59,907 nucleotides of DNA from Clostridia bacterium (GCA_017530505.1 JAFXMI010000044.1:1-59907), one strand, 5' to 3'. Positions 9,779 through 19,847 are shown, numbered from the stretch's first letter. Notes: generated by a model not told the origin, from the letters alone. A program made the numbers and translations.

Positions 9779-11407
9779 ATGGATATAAAAGACCAAGAAA
9801 ATAAAAAAATTGGTTTAAATTCTTATACTCCTACACAGTATAAAGAAGGAAAAAAAATAATATATGAAATGCTATTAGGAGGAAAGACGCTTAAAGACAT
9901 ATATACGTCTATAAATTATACAAAAGGATTAATAGATAAAATAGTATCCGATTTAGAAAAAGAACATCCTAATTTAAAGAGATTAAAAAGAAGAAAAAGT
10001 TCAAAACAACAGGAACAAGATGAAAAAGATTTAGAAATATTATTAAATCATATAAATGCAGAGAAACCTTTAAGAGAGCTTGATTGGAACTATGATAAAA
10101 TTCAACGTCTAACAAATATATTAATTGAAAGGGGACTAATATCTAAAGGTGAAATAAAAGCTAATAAAGCAAAAAATTCATCTAGAAAAAACTATAGATT
10201 TGCTCCATTATCACAGGAAGAATTAAAAGATTTTGTTCTAAATTTATTGTATAGAGGATATTCAAATAAAGAAATAAAAGAAGAGGCTAGAAAGCAATTT
10301 GGAGATAATAGCTTTGACGTTCCAGAATATAAGCGTATAGTTTTAGAACCATTACCAGAAAGTGAAAAACAAAAAATAAAAGAAGCTATTGATGAACATA
10401 GGATTGAAGTACTCAGATATGAAAGAATAGAAAGAATTAAAAACGAGATTAGTCAAGAATTAGAAAATGGAATAGAGCTAGATGATAAAGAATTATCCCA
10501 AAGATTAGGCTATGGTCATACAGCAGTAAAAACCTTGCGTGAAACTGCTATAAAAAAAGGAAAATGGTTTTCTGAGGAAGAATTATTACAATACGATAGC
10601 ATAGTTGCTAAAAAACAAAAGAAAAAAGGGAAACCTAATGTAGATAAAGATTTATTAAATACAGTTCGTTCATATGTTAAACAAGGATTATCAGATAAAG
10701 AAATTAGTGAAAGGATTCATTATGATGTTTCCGTAATTTCTCGTGTAAAAAGAGAAGCAAAAGAGTCAGGCTTATGGTTTTGTAATGAATCTATAAAAGT
10801 TTTTAAAATATTAAGAAAAATACGAGAAGAAGAAACAGAAACATATCAAAGAATAGATAATGATAACACTAGTGTGCATTTTAGAAAAGCTTATAGGCTT
10901 GCTAGAAAACAAGCAATTGCTGAAAATAAGTTTGATAGAAATGGGACAAGAGATAGTATTAAATCTAGGGAAAAATTTTTTTTAGAAGTACAAAAAATAG
11001 AAAATCTAGAACAAATTCCAGATGAAGATATAGAAATTTTATTTACTTATTTTAACCTTAAACCTGAAATGGCGACAATAGAGAGGATTAGATTTTTGAT
11101 TGTAACAATTAATAATAATAGACCAGAACCTTTACAAAGAGCTTTACAATGTACAATGAAATTTATTAAAATTTTTCAAATAAATGATCCTAATAATCTT
11201 CTAAATAAACTATTAGACTATAGAAGAGTTTTATTAGAGTACATTAATGGTTATAATGTTTTTAAAGGATTAAATAAGGGAGCTACCTTTGAATTACTTG
11301 CAGCTAAAAGTAATGTAGCCCATCAAACAACATCAAATTTAAAAATTGCACTTGAAAAATTTGAAACAAATAGAGGTAAAATTCCAGTATTTCCAGGTGA
11401 TGATTAA
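9779..11407 (+). CDS. hypothetical protein with repeated HTH-like modules, inserted between sufC and sufB
   Basis: 542-aa ORF. Internal repeats have the form G(L/Y)S(D/N)KEI...A(I/K)(K/E)(K/S)G(K/L)WF, for example LGYGHTAVKTLRETAIKKGKWF and HYDVSVISRVKREAKESGLWF. Confidence 0.6.
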   Translation: MDIKDQENKKIGLNSYTPTQYKEGKKIIYEMLLGGKTLKDIYTSINYTKGLIDKIVSDLEKEHPNLKRLKRRKSSKQQEQDEKDLEILLNHINAEKPLRELDWNYDKIQRLTNILIERGLISKGEIKANKAKNSSRKNYRFAPLSQEELKDFVLNLLYRGYSNKEIKEEARKQFGDNSFDVPEYKRIVLEPLPESEKQKIKEAIDEHRIEVLRYERIERIKNEISQELENGIELDDKELSQRLGYGHTAVKTLRETAIKKGKWFSEEELLQYDSIVAKKQKKKGKPNVDKDLLNTVRSYVKQGLSDKEISERIHYDVSVISRVKREAKESGLWFCNESIKVFKILRKIREEETETYQRIDNDNTSVHFRKAYRLARKQAIAENKFDRNGTRDSIKSREKFFLEVQKIENLEQIPDEDIEILFTYFNLKPEMATIERIRFLIVTINNNRPEPLQRALQCTMKFIKIFQINDPNNLLNKLLDYRRVLLEYINGYNVFKGLNKGATFELLAAKSNVAHQTTSNLKIALEKFETNRGKIPVFPGDD

Positions 11408-11429
11408 TTATAATAGACAGGGGGAAACA

Positions 11430-12830
11430 ATGAAAAAAACTAATGTTGAAGAAATAAATAGAAATATTTATGATATAAAAAATATAGACGATTATGATTA
11501 TAAAATTCAAAAAGGTCTAACAAAAGAAATTGTAGAAGAAATGTCTAATCAAAAGAAAGACCCAGATTGGATGAGAGAAATTAGATTAAAGGCTTTAGAA
11601 ATATATAATCAATTAGAACTACCAACATGGGGGCCAAATTTATCTGAGCTTAATATGAACGAAATTGCAACATATGTAAGACCAAAAGGTAAGATGGTTT
11701 CTTCTTGGGATGATGTTCCAGAAGATATTAAAAATACTTTTGATAAACTTGGGATACCAGAAGCTGAAAAGACTTCTTTAGCTGGTGTTGGAGCTCAATA
11801 CGATTCAGAGGTTGTATATCACAGTATAAAAGAAGATTTGATTAAGCAAGGTGTTATTTATACAGATATGGAAACAGCTGTAAAAGAGTATCCTGAAATT
11901 GTTAAGGAGCATTTTATGAAATGTGTTCCAATTTCAGATCATAAGTTTGTTGCTCTTCATGCAGCAGTTTGGTCAGGTGGTTCATTTGTATATGTTCCAA
12001 AGGGTGTAAAATTAGATATTCCACTTCAATCATATTTTAGATTAAATTCACCAGAATCAGGCCAATTTGAACATACTTTAATTATTGTTGATGAAGGGGC
12101 AAGTTTACATTTTATAGAAGGGTGTAGTGCGCCAAAATATAATAAAGTAAATTTACATGCAGGATGTGTTGAGCTTTATGTTAAAGACAATAGCTATTTA
12201 AGATATTCAACAATTGAAAATTGGTCTAAAAATATGCTTAACCTAAATACTAAAAAAGCTATTGTTGGGAAAAATGCTGAAATAGATTGGGTTTCTGGTT
12301 CATTTGGCTCAAAAATATCTATGCTTTATCCAATGAGTATATTAAATGGTGAAAATGCTAAAACAGAATTTACTGGAATTTCTTTTGCAGGAAATGGACA
12401 GAATTTAGATAACGGATTTAAAGTTATTCATAATGCTCCTAATACTTCTTCAGTTGTAAATTCAAAATCTATTTCAAAAAATGGAGGCAAATGTACTTTT
12501 AGATCTTTAGTTAGAGTAAATGAAAATGCAAAAAAATCCAAATGTTCAATATCTTGTGAGTCACTTATGTTAGATGATATTTCAGTATCTGATACAATAC
12601 CTGTAAATGATGTTAGAACTGATGAAGTAGAATTTTCACATGAAGCAAAAATTGGGAAAATTAGTGATAAAGCAATTTTTTACTTAATGAGTAGAGGTTT
12701 ATCTGAAGAAGATGCAAAAGCTATGATTGTTAGAGGATTTGCTTATCCAATTTCAAAAGAGTTACCTGTTGAATATGCAGTTGAAATGAACAATTTAATA
12801 AATTTAGAGTTAGAAGGAGCAATTGGATAA
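11430..12830 (+). CDS. sufB: Fe-S cluster assembly scaffold SufB
   Basis: The sequence looks like SufB from end to end. ATG 11430 follows AGGGGGA; the track start at 11346 would overlap the upstream gene. Confidence 0.9.
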   Translation: MKKTNVEEINRNIYDIKNIDDYDYKIQKGLTKEIVEEMSNQKKDPDWMREIRLKALEIYNQLELPTWGPNLSELNMNEIATYVRPKGKMVSSWDDVPEDIKNTFDKLGIPEAEKTSLAGVGAQYDSEVVYHSIKEDLIKQGVIYTDMETAVKEYPEIVKEHFMKCVPISDHKFVALHAAVWSGGSFVYVPKGVKLDIPLQSYFRLNSPESGQFEHTLIIVDEGASLHFIEGCSAPKYNKVNLHAGCVELYVKDNSYLRYSTIENWSKNMLNLNTKKAIVGKNAEIDWVSGSFGSKISMLYPMSILNGENAKTEFTGISFAGNGQNLDNGFKVIHNAPNTSSVVNSKSISKNGGKCTFRSLVRVNENAKKSKCSISCESLMLDDISVSDTIPVNDVRTDEVEFSHEAKIGKISDKAIFYLMSRGLSEEDAKAMIVRGFAYPISKELPVEYAVEMNNLINLELEGAIG

Positions 12831-13903
12831 TGGATAAATTAAGTATTAATGAAATACCAATTAGAACAGCGAATAATTTTGGTATTAATAGTATTGAAAT
12901 AGAAAATATTAATATTCCAGAAAATTTCGGATATTTTAGTAATATAGATATTAATATTGAAAGTATAAAAGATAAAGTAAACTTTAGTAATCAAAATTAT
13001 AGAAAATTAACCTATGGATTAGGGGAAGTACTAGAAACACAGAACAAAGAAAAATGTAATTGCCCTTTAAAAGTTGATGTTAGCTCAATTCTAAATAAAG
13101 AAATAAAAATTGATTTCTTATTTAATCAGTCAAATAGAAATTTAGCTGAAAATATTGAAATAATCGCAAATGAGAAAACTAAATCTACAATTGTTTTAAC
13201 ATACCAATCTGATGATGAAATAAATTATTATCATAATGGTGTTATTAGAGTTTTAGCAAAAGAAAAAACGGAAGTAAATGTTATAATTTTAAATTTTATG
13301 GGCTCTAGAGCGAATAACTTTTTATCTATAGAAAATGAGTTACAAGATAATTCAAAAGTAACATATACAATTATAGATTTTGGTGGAAAGGTAAGTTGTA
13401 CAAACTTTTTTTCCAATGTTTTAGGGGAAGAATCAATTACAGAAATAAATACAATTTATCTTGGAAAAGATAAGAAACTATTTGATTTAAATTATATTGC
13501 TGAATTAAGTGGAAAAAAATCTGCTTCTAAAATGGAGGTGCAAGGAGCTTTAATGGATAGTTCAGTAAAACATTTTAAAGGAACTATTAATTTTAAAAAA
13601 GGATGTAAAAAAGCGTTTGGGACGGAAAATGAGTCTTGTATGCTTTTATCTGAAAAGGCAAAATCAATATCACTCCCAATACTTCTTTGTAGTGAAGAAG
13701 AGGTTGAAGGAAATCATTCCACAAGCAGCGGAAAAGTTGGGGATAAAGAACTTTTTTATATAAGGAGTCGTGGTTTTGATTTAATGGAAGCAAAAAAATT
13801 GCTTGTTAGAGCTAAATTTAATTCAATAATAGAAAATATAAAAAATGATGTGTTAAAAGAAATGATAGAAAATGAAATTAATAAAACATTTGCTATAAAC
13901 TAA
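12830..13903 (+). CDS. sufD: Fe-S cluster assembly protein SufD
   Basis: The start overlaps the sufB stop (TAATG). The C-terminal beta-helix region resembles the SufB family. The gene sits in the expected operon position. Confidence 0.8.
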   Translation: MDKLSINEIPIRTANNFGINSIEIENINIPENFGYFSNIDINIESIKDKVNFSNQNYRKLTYGLGEVLETQNKEKCNCPLKVDVSSILNKEIKIDFLFNQSNRNLAENIEIIANEKTKSTIVLTYQSDDEINYYHNGVIRVLAKEKTEVNVIILNFMGSRANNFLSIENELQDNSKVTYTIIDFGGKVSCTNFFSNVLGEESITEINTIYLGKDKKLFDLNYIAELSGKKSASKMEVQGALMDSSVKHFKGTINFKKGCKKAFGTENESCMLLSEKAKSISLPILLCSEEEVEGNHSTSSGKVGDKELFYIRSRGFDLMEAKKLLVRAKFNSIIENIKNDVLKEMIENEINKTFAIN

Positions 13904-13967
13904 TAATTTATATTTAATAAATTAATAGAAAAAAGCTTTAATTTTACAGTTATTAGAAAGGAAAAAC

Positions 13968-15203
13968 ATGAAAAAAAATTATAAAAAAGATTTTCCATTG
14001 TTACAAAATTTAGATATTGTTTATTTAGATAGTGGTGCAACTTCTCAAAAACCAATACAGGTTATTGAAGAAATAGAGAAATTTTATGAACATAATAATG
14101 CAAATCCACATAGAAGTGCATATACTTTAAGCCAAGAAACAACAGAAGTTTACGAGAATACAAGGAGAAAAATTGCTAAATTTATCAATAGCAAAACAAG
14201 TGAGCAGATTATTTTTTCAAAAAATGCTACAGAAAGTTTAAATTTAATTGCATATTCCTATGGATTTGAAAATTTGTTAAAAGGAGATGAAGTTGTTATA
14301 TCTATAATGGAACATCATTCAAATTTAGTACCTTGGCAGAAAATAACAAATTCAAAAAGTGCTAGTTTAAAATACTTGTATTTAAACAATAATTACGAGA
14401 TAGATGATGAAGAAATAGAAAACAAAATTACAGATAAAACAAAAATTGTAGGAATTACGTATGTATCAAATGTTTTAGGAACAATAAACAATGTAAAAAA
14501 AGTTATACAAGTTGCACATAAACATGGAGCTATTGTTGTTGTTGATGCATCTCAAGCAATTCCACACATGAGAATTGATGTACAAGATTTAAATTGCGAT
14601 TTTTTAGTGTTTTCAGGACATAAAATGTATGCTCCACTTGGGATAGGTGTTTTATATGGAAAAAAAGATTTATTAGAAAACATGAATCCATTTTTAATGG
14701 GTGGAGATATGATTGAATATGTATATGAGCAGGAAACTTCTTTTGCTCCTCTTCCAAATAAATTTGAAGCAGGAACACAAAATGTTGAAGGGGTAATAGG
14801 ATTAGGTGCAGCAATTGATTATATTGAAGAAATTGGTTATGATAATATTTTTGATATTGAAAATGAAGTTGTATCTTATGCTAAAGAAAGACTTTCTAAG
14901 CTTAATTTTTTAAATTTATATATAACATCAAATGAATTTAATCATTCTTCAGTTATTTCTTTTAATGTTAAAGGTGTACATCCACATGATGTTGCAAGCA
15001 TATTAGATAGTGTTGGAGTTTGTATTCGCTCAGGAAATCACTGTGCACAGCCACTTTTAAGATTTTTGGGGCTAGAGGCAACTTGTAGAGCTAGCTTTTC
15101 TTTTTATAATACTAAACAAGATGTAGATAAATTGGTTTCTGGTTTAGAAAAAGTTTATAAAATATTTTCAAAATATATAGAGAACAAATTGGAAGGACAA
15201 TAA
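13968..15203 (+). CDS. sufS: cysteine desulfurase SufS (PLP-dependent)
   Basis: The PLP lysine context FSGHKMYAP and the catalytic Cys loop RSGNHCAQP are both present. Confidence 0.9.
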   Translation: MKKNYKKDFPLLQNLDIVYLDSGATSQKPIQVIEEIEKFYEHNNANPHRSAYTLSQETTEVYENTRRKIAKFINSKTSEQIIFSKNATESLNLIAYSYGFENLLKGDEVVISIMEHHSNLVPWQKITNSKSASLKYLYLNNNYEIDDEEIENKITDKTKIVGITYVSNVLGTINNVKKVIQVAHKHGAIVVVDASQAIPHMRIDVQDLNCDFLVFSGHKMYAPLGIGVLYGKKDLLENMNPFLMGGDMIEYVYEQETSFAPLPNKFEAGTQNVEGVIGLGAAIDYIEEIGYDNIFDIENEVVSYAKERLSKLNFLNLYITSNEFNHSSVISFNVKGVHPHDVASILDSVGVCIRSGNHCAQPLLRFLGLEATCRASFSFYNTKQDVDKLVSGLEKVYKIFSKYIENKLEGQ

Positions 15204-15270
15204 ATTTGAAGTGTGTTGTTATTTTAAACTATTATATAAATAAATATAAAAAATGTGAGGAAGTTTAAAT

Positions 15271-15708
15271 ATGAGTGAATTAGAAGATATGTATAGTGAC
15301 TTAATAATGGAACATAGTATGAATTCTCAAAATAAGAAAAAACTAAAAGATGCAAATTATATTGAACTAGGGCATAATCCGAATTGCGGTGATGAGATAT
15401 CATTACAAATAAAACTAAATGGAGATGTAATAGAGGATTTGGCTTTTTTAGGACATGGTTGCGCTATTTCAATGAGTTCAACATCTATTATGATAGATAC
15501 CTTAAGAGGGAAAACTGTGAAAGAAGCAAAAGAAATAATTAAAACATTTATTCAAATGATAAAGCGCGAAATTACTGATGAAGTACAATTAAAAAAATTA
15601 GAAGATGCAATTGCTTTTAAAAATATATCAAATATGCCTGCAAGAGTAAAATGTTCAATTTTAGCATGGCGAACTTTAGAGGATTTATTAAATAAGAATT
15701 GTAGTTAG
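15271..15708 (+). CDS. sufU: SufU/IscU-like sulfur acceptor
   Basis: The Cys ligand contexts NPNCGDE and GHGCAIS and the C-terminal KCS are present. The gene follows sufS. Confidence 0.85.
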   Translation: MSELEDMYSDLIMEHSMNSQNKKKLKDANYIELGHNPNCGDEISLQIKLNGDVIEDLAFLGHGCAISMSSTSIMIDTLRGKTVKEAKEIIKTFIQMIKREITDEVQLKKLEDAIAFKNISNMPARVKCSILAWRTLEDLLNKNCS

Positions 15709-15716
15709 AAAAGGAT

Positions 15717-16400
15717 GTGAAAAAAATGAAAAAAATATTAAAAAACTTTACAGATTTTATTTATTTATTATTAATATTTATTATAATTTTAGGTTATTGT
15801 TTAATAAAATATACAATATATAAAAATAAGCAAGAAACTCTAAAACCTTATAAAGAAATATTAACTTCGCAAACGACTGAAGAAATTAATTCACAAAAAT
15901 CTACTTTATGGTCAAGAATTAAAGATTTTACAAAGGGAAAATTAAAAGTTGATGATAATAAAAAGAATAATTATTATAAAGATACTACTAATAATAATTC
16001 TATTGCAAATCTTTATACTAATTCTGAATTAAATTCTAATTTAAAATCTAGTTCTAATGATAATACAAATACATTAATTCATTTTAATGTACCTAGTGAA
16101 GCAGATTCATTTATTTTTGATGATGCATTATTAATGTATGAAGGTGAGCAAAAAGGTGGGATTGTAAAAAGTTTGTTAAACAAAATGATAGAAACTGCTG
16201 AAGATGTTTATTTTTCTAATACTATTTTAACAGTAAAAAATATTGGAAATATAGATAAAACTGTATTAGATGATTCTAATTATAAAGCTAATATTATTGA
16301 AATTAAAAACAATATTAATGAAAACGATATTTATAATGTTTATTTTGGATATAACAAGTTAAAATCTTGTGTTAATGAAATTATAATTGAGAAAAAATAG
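15717..16400 (+). CDS. hypothetical membrane-anchored Asn-rich protein
   Basis: 227-aa ORF with a single N-terminal TM segment (FIYLLLIFIIILGYCLI). No recognisable motif. Confidence 0.55.
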   Translation: MKKMKKILKNFTDFIYLLLIFIIILGYCLIKYTIYKNKQETLKPYKEILTSQTTEEINSQKSTLWSRIKDFTKGKLKVDDNKKNNYYKDTTNNNSIANLYTNSELNSNLKSSSNDNTNTLIHFNVPSEADSFIFDDALLMYEGEQKGGIVKSLLNKMIETAEDVYFSNTILTVKNIGNIDKTVLDDSNYKANIIEIKNNINENDIYNVYFGYNKLKSCVNEIIIEKK

Positions 16401-16487
16401 TTTAAAAATATTTAAATAAAAAAATGCAATAAGCCGTCAATTGTAACTAAAAATTTTAATAACATTTAAATATTAAAATATAAAGCG

Positions 16488-16517
16488 TTGACAAGATAAT
16501 TTTAAATATAGTAAAAT
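16488..16517 (+). promoter_or_regulatory. candidate sigma-A promoter of the flavodiiron/rubredoxin pair
   Basis: TTGACA (16488-16493), an 18-nt spacer, then TAAAAT (16512-16517). Confidence 0.45.
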
Positions 16518-16541
16518 TTAGTAGGTAAAAATGGAGGAAGT

Positions 16542-17723
16542 ATGAAGGACATTATAATTTCTGAAAGTATTAAATACATAGGAGTTGATGATAAAGAAGT
16601 TAATATATTTGAAAATCAATATACTGTTCCAAAAGGAATGTCATATAATTCTTATTTAGTTTTAGATGAAAAAAATGTTGTAATAGATACAGTTGAAGAA
16701 AAGAAAGGAAAAGAGTGGTTAGAAAATCTTGATTGTATTTTAGATGGAAAAACTATAGATTATTTGATAATTTCGCATATGGAGCCAGATCATTCAGCAA
16801 ATATTTTAAAATTAATTGAAAGATTTCCAAATATAAAACTTATAGGAAATACAAAAACTTTTTCAATGTTACCACAATTTTATGATATTAAAGATTTAAA
16901 TGATAAAAAAATTGTAGTAAATGAAGGAGACGAAATAAGTATTGGAAAACATATTTTAAAATTTTTTATGGCTCCAATGGTACATTGGCCAGAAGTAATG
17001 GTAACCTATGAAAAAACTGAAAAAGTTTTATTTACAGCTGATGCATTTGGAAGATTTGGAAGTTTAGATTCCATAGATACAAAAGAAGAGTGGGCTAGTG
17101 AAGCTAGAAGATATTATTTTAATATTTGTGGGAAATATGGTTATCAAGTTCAAGAATTATTAAAAAAAGTATCTAATTTAGATATAAACATAATTTGTTC
17201 ACTACATGGTTCGATTTTAAAAGACGATTTACAATTTTATATTAATTTATATGATAAATGGAGTAAATATGAGCCTGAAGAAGATGGGGTATTTATAGCT
17301 TATGCATCTATTCATGGAAATACCGAAAAGGTAGCAAAAAAATTAAAATCAATATTGGAAGAAAAAGGTGAAAAGGTTGAAATTTCAGATTTGTCTAACA
17401 ATATTATGTCAGAGTCTGTTGCAAATGCTTTTAAATATGGGAAAATAATTTTAGCCTCTTCTAGCTACAATATGGGAGTATTTACGCCAATGGAGCAGTT
17501 TTTAAATTTATTAAAAGGAAAAAATTTTCAAAAAAGAATTATCGGTATAGTTGAAAATGGTACATGGGCACCTTCTGCTGCAAATACTATAAAAACTATG
17601 TTAAATCAAATGAAAGATATTAATATTATAGATCCAGTAGTTACTGTAAAAACTACACTTAACGAAGAAAGTAGAGAAAAATTAGAACAATTAGCAATAA
17701 ATATTTTAAATATTAATAGTTAA
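16542..17723 (+). CDS. flavodiiron protein (FprA-type O2/NO reductase: metallo-beta-lactamase fold plus flavodoxin domain)
   Basis: The di-iron motif HMEPDHS is present. The C-terminal flavodoxin-like domain reads VFIAYASIHGNTEKVA. A rubredoxin gene lies immediately downstream. Confidence 0.8.
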   Translation: MKDIIISESIKYIGVDDKEVNIFENQYTVPKGMSYNSYLVLDEKNVVIDTVEEKKGKEWLENLDCILDGKTIDYLIISHMEPDHSANILKLIERFPNIKLIGNTKTFSMLPQFYDIKDLNDKKIVVNEGDEISIGKHILKFFMAPMVHWPEVMVTYEKTEKVLFTADAFGRFGSLDSIDTKEEWASEARRYYFNICGKYGYQVQELLKKVSNLDINIICSLHGSILKDDLQFYINLYDKWSKYEPEEDGVFIAYASIHGNTEKVAKKLKSILEEKGEKVEISDLSNNIMSESVANAFKYGKIILASSSYNMGVFTPMEQFLNLLKGKNFQKRIIGIVENGTWAPSAANTIKTMLNQMKDINIIDPVVTVKTTLNEESREKLEQLAINILNINS

Positions 17724-17827
17724 TTTTTAAATTGATTAAAAAATTTGAAAATAATCTTTAATATTTAATTTAATAAGGTTTATAGGTTAAACCTTTAAAA
17801 ACCTAAATATATAAAAGGAGGAAAATC

Positions 17828-17962
17828 ATGAAATTTAAATGTACAGTTTGTGGACATATTTATGATGAAGAAGTTGAAGGAGTGAAATTTTCAGATCTAC
17901 CTGATACTTGGGTTTGTCCACTTTGTGGAGTCGGAAAAGATATGTTTGAACAAGTTGATTAA
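17828..17962 (+). CDS. rubredoxin (44 aa, below the ORF-track length cut-off)
   Basis: [15 protein letters not shown]...[17 protein letters not shown] has two CxxCG knuckles. A GGAGG lies 7 nt upstream. Confidence 0.85.
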   Translation: MKFKCTVCGHIYDEEVEGVKFSDLPDTWVCPLCGVGKDMFEQVD

Positions 17963-18299
17963 AATATTTTTTTTAAGTAACTAGATAATTACATACTTTA
18001 TTTTTGTAATGAACAAATTGGAAGGTTAATAAATTTTTAGTTAGTTATTTTAAACTATAAATTTAGATTATTATATAAATATATAATGAAGCCTTCCATT
18101 AATTTATTTAAATACTCTTGTTTTGTCAAAAATTTCAATTCATTATATGAGGGCAATATAGGAATTTATTAGAGGTACTGTTTAAAATTAGTAACAGAAC
18201 TGTAGTGATTTATTATTATATGTTTCCGCTAAATTAAATGATATTGAACGTTAATTGTAACAGTCAAAAAATGACAAAACTAAAATTATTAAAATTCTA

Positions 18300-18328
18300 T
18301 TTACAAAATAAAAATCCCATGCTATAAT
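18300..18328 (+). promoter_or_regulatory. candidate sigma-A promoter ~280 nt upstream of the TasA-like gene
   Basis: TTTACA (18300-18305), a 17-nt spacer, then TATAAT (18323-18328). Confidence 0.45.
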
Positions 18329-18609
18329 GTCGACAAGTTAAATGATTTTTAACATTTTATTCAAATTTTATTCGAAAAAAATTAACCAAAATCTTTGTGT
18401 TAATTGAATTTCCAAAAAAATATTATATTTTAACTATCAAATTACGAGTTTTTTGTTTATTTTCTTTTTTAGTTCAAACTATATATGTTTACGCTATCCA
18501 AAAAAAATAATATTATTAAAATAATTTTTATATTTTAATTTTTAGTAATTAAAACAAGAGAAATGTTAATAATTCTTTAACTTTAATTAATAGAAAAGGA
18601 GGTGAATAA

Positions 18610-19170
18610 ATGGATAAAAAGAAAAAAATTACTTTAGTTACAATAATTATTATTTCTTTAATACTTATTATTGTAGCTGGGTATACTTTTTCTAAATATT
18701 TTTCATCAGTACCTGGAAAAGCTACAGCTCAAATTGCGGCATGGTCTTTTAATGCAAATGCTGGAGATGAGAATAAACAGTTAACAGCTATTATACTTGA
18801 ACCTTCAAATGGAGAAAAAATAGCTCCTGGAACGAATGGAGAGTTTCAAATTAAAGTTGATTCAATAGGCTCAGATGTTGATGTTGATTATAGTGTTAAT
18901 ATTTCGCAAGAAAACTTACCAGCAAATATGAAATTCAATATAGCTGGAGAAACACAAGAATATAGTACCATGGCTGCTTTAGCTAATGCAAAGCTTCATG
19001 GAACTCTTGATTCTTCAAATAGTCAACAAAACCTTTATACAATTGAGTGGAACTGGCCATTTGAAACTTTAGGTGATGGAAATATCGTAGATAATTCAAA
19101 AGATATGGCTGCTTTAAATTTAACTGATGTAGGTTTTCAAATTGAAGTAATTGGTGAACAAGCAGAGTAA
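18610..19170 (+). CDS. secreted protein with a SipW-cognate-type signal peptide; TasA/CalY-like fibre subunit candidate
   Basis: The N-terminus KKKITLVTIIIISLILIIVAGYTFSKYFS resembles the G-T-(Y/F)-A-(Y/F)-F class of signal peptides processed by SipW. The gene is immediately upstream of sipW. A strong SD (AAGGAGG) is present. Confidence 0.5.
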   Translation: MDKKKKITLVTIIIISLILIIVAGYTFSKYFSSVPGKATAQIAAWSFNANAGDENKQLTAIILEPSNGEKIAPGTNGEFQIKVDSIGSDVDVDYSVNISQENLPANMKFNIAGETQEYSTMAALANAKLHGTLDSSNSQQNLYTIEWNWPFETLGDGNIVDNSKDMAALNLTDVGFQIEVIGEQAE

Positions 19171-19221
19171 AATTATTTTTACCCCCAATCCTTAAAAATC
19201 AAACCATTATAGAGAGCTAAT

Positions 19222-19271
19222 AACAGCTCTCTCCTAAAAATACAAGTTTTTATTTTTAGGAGAAAGCTGTT
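19222..19271 (+). promoter_or_regulatory. long hairpin (21-bp stem, 1 mismatch) between the TasA-like gene and sipW, overlapping an alternative 8-bp hairpin
   Basis: AACAGCTCTCTCCTAAAAATA (19222-19242) pairs with TATTTTTAGGAGAAAGCTGTT (19251-19271). The alternative stem AGAGAGCT/AGCTCTCT (19211-19232) shares bases 19225-19232. There is no clear T-run. Confidence 0.5.
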
Positions 19272-19331
19272 AGATAAAAATCTATAATTAATATGATATT
19301 TATAAATTGTAATTTTATCAGGAGGTGTAGA

Positions 19332-19847
19332 TTGAAAAAAATAATAAAAAAACTAATTAATATATTAGAAATTTTATTTTTGATATTATTAATTCGGTAT
19401 ACTAAGTTTTGTATTTGTTTCAAAATTTTATTATAAAAAAGATATTATAAAAATAAATGGTTATCGGTATATTAATCGTTGTTACGGGAAGTATGGAACC
19501 ATCAATTAACATAAAGGAAATGATAGTAATAAAAGAACAAAAAGATTATAAAATTGGAGATATTGTAACCTATAAAGATAATAATAATAATTTTGTTACA
19601 CATAGAATTGTAAATATTATGCGGAAATAAAGTAGTAACAAGGGGAGATAATAATTCCATAAGTGATGATCCTATTATAAAAAATCAAATTCAGGGAAGA
19701 GTATTTTATCATTCAGCTGTACTTGGAGAATTATTTCTTTATTGGATGAAACCGCTTTTAATTTTAATTATATTATTATTAATTTTTAATTTAATAAAAA
19801 ATACTTTTATTTTAAGGAGTAAAAAATCAAATGGAGAAAAAATTTAA
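19332..19847 (+). CDS. sipW: signal peptidase I, SipW type; needs three +1 shifts at in-frame CGG (19395, 19465, 19622)
   Basis: With the three C bases skipped, the product is LKKIIKKLINILEILFLILLIGILSFVFVSKFYYKKDIIKINGYGILIVVTGSMEPSINIKEMIVIKEQKDYKIGDIVTYKDNNNNFVTHRIVNIMGNKVVTRGDNNSISDDPI... It carries the GSMEP (Ser), THRIV (His) and GDNN boxes. The gene is not in the ORF track because each segment is shorter than 60 aa. Confidence 0.7.

Noticed and set aside
11346-11429. The longer sufB start proposed by the ORF track
   Set aside because: It would overlap the upstream gene by 62 nt and has no SD. ATG 11430 has AGGGGGA at proper spacing and gives a typical SufB N-terminus.
17963-18609. Long AT-rich intergenic region as a possible CRISPR array, small-gene cluster or replication-related region
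   Set aside because: There are no regularly spaced direct repeats, no DnaA-box clusters that I could recognise, and no ORF with an SD. Only a promoter-like match and the sufS-end duplicate were seen.
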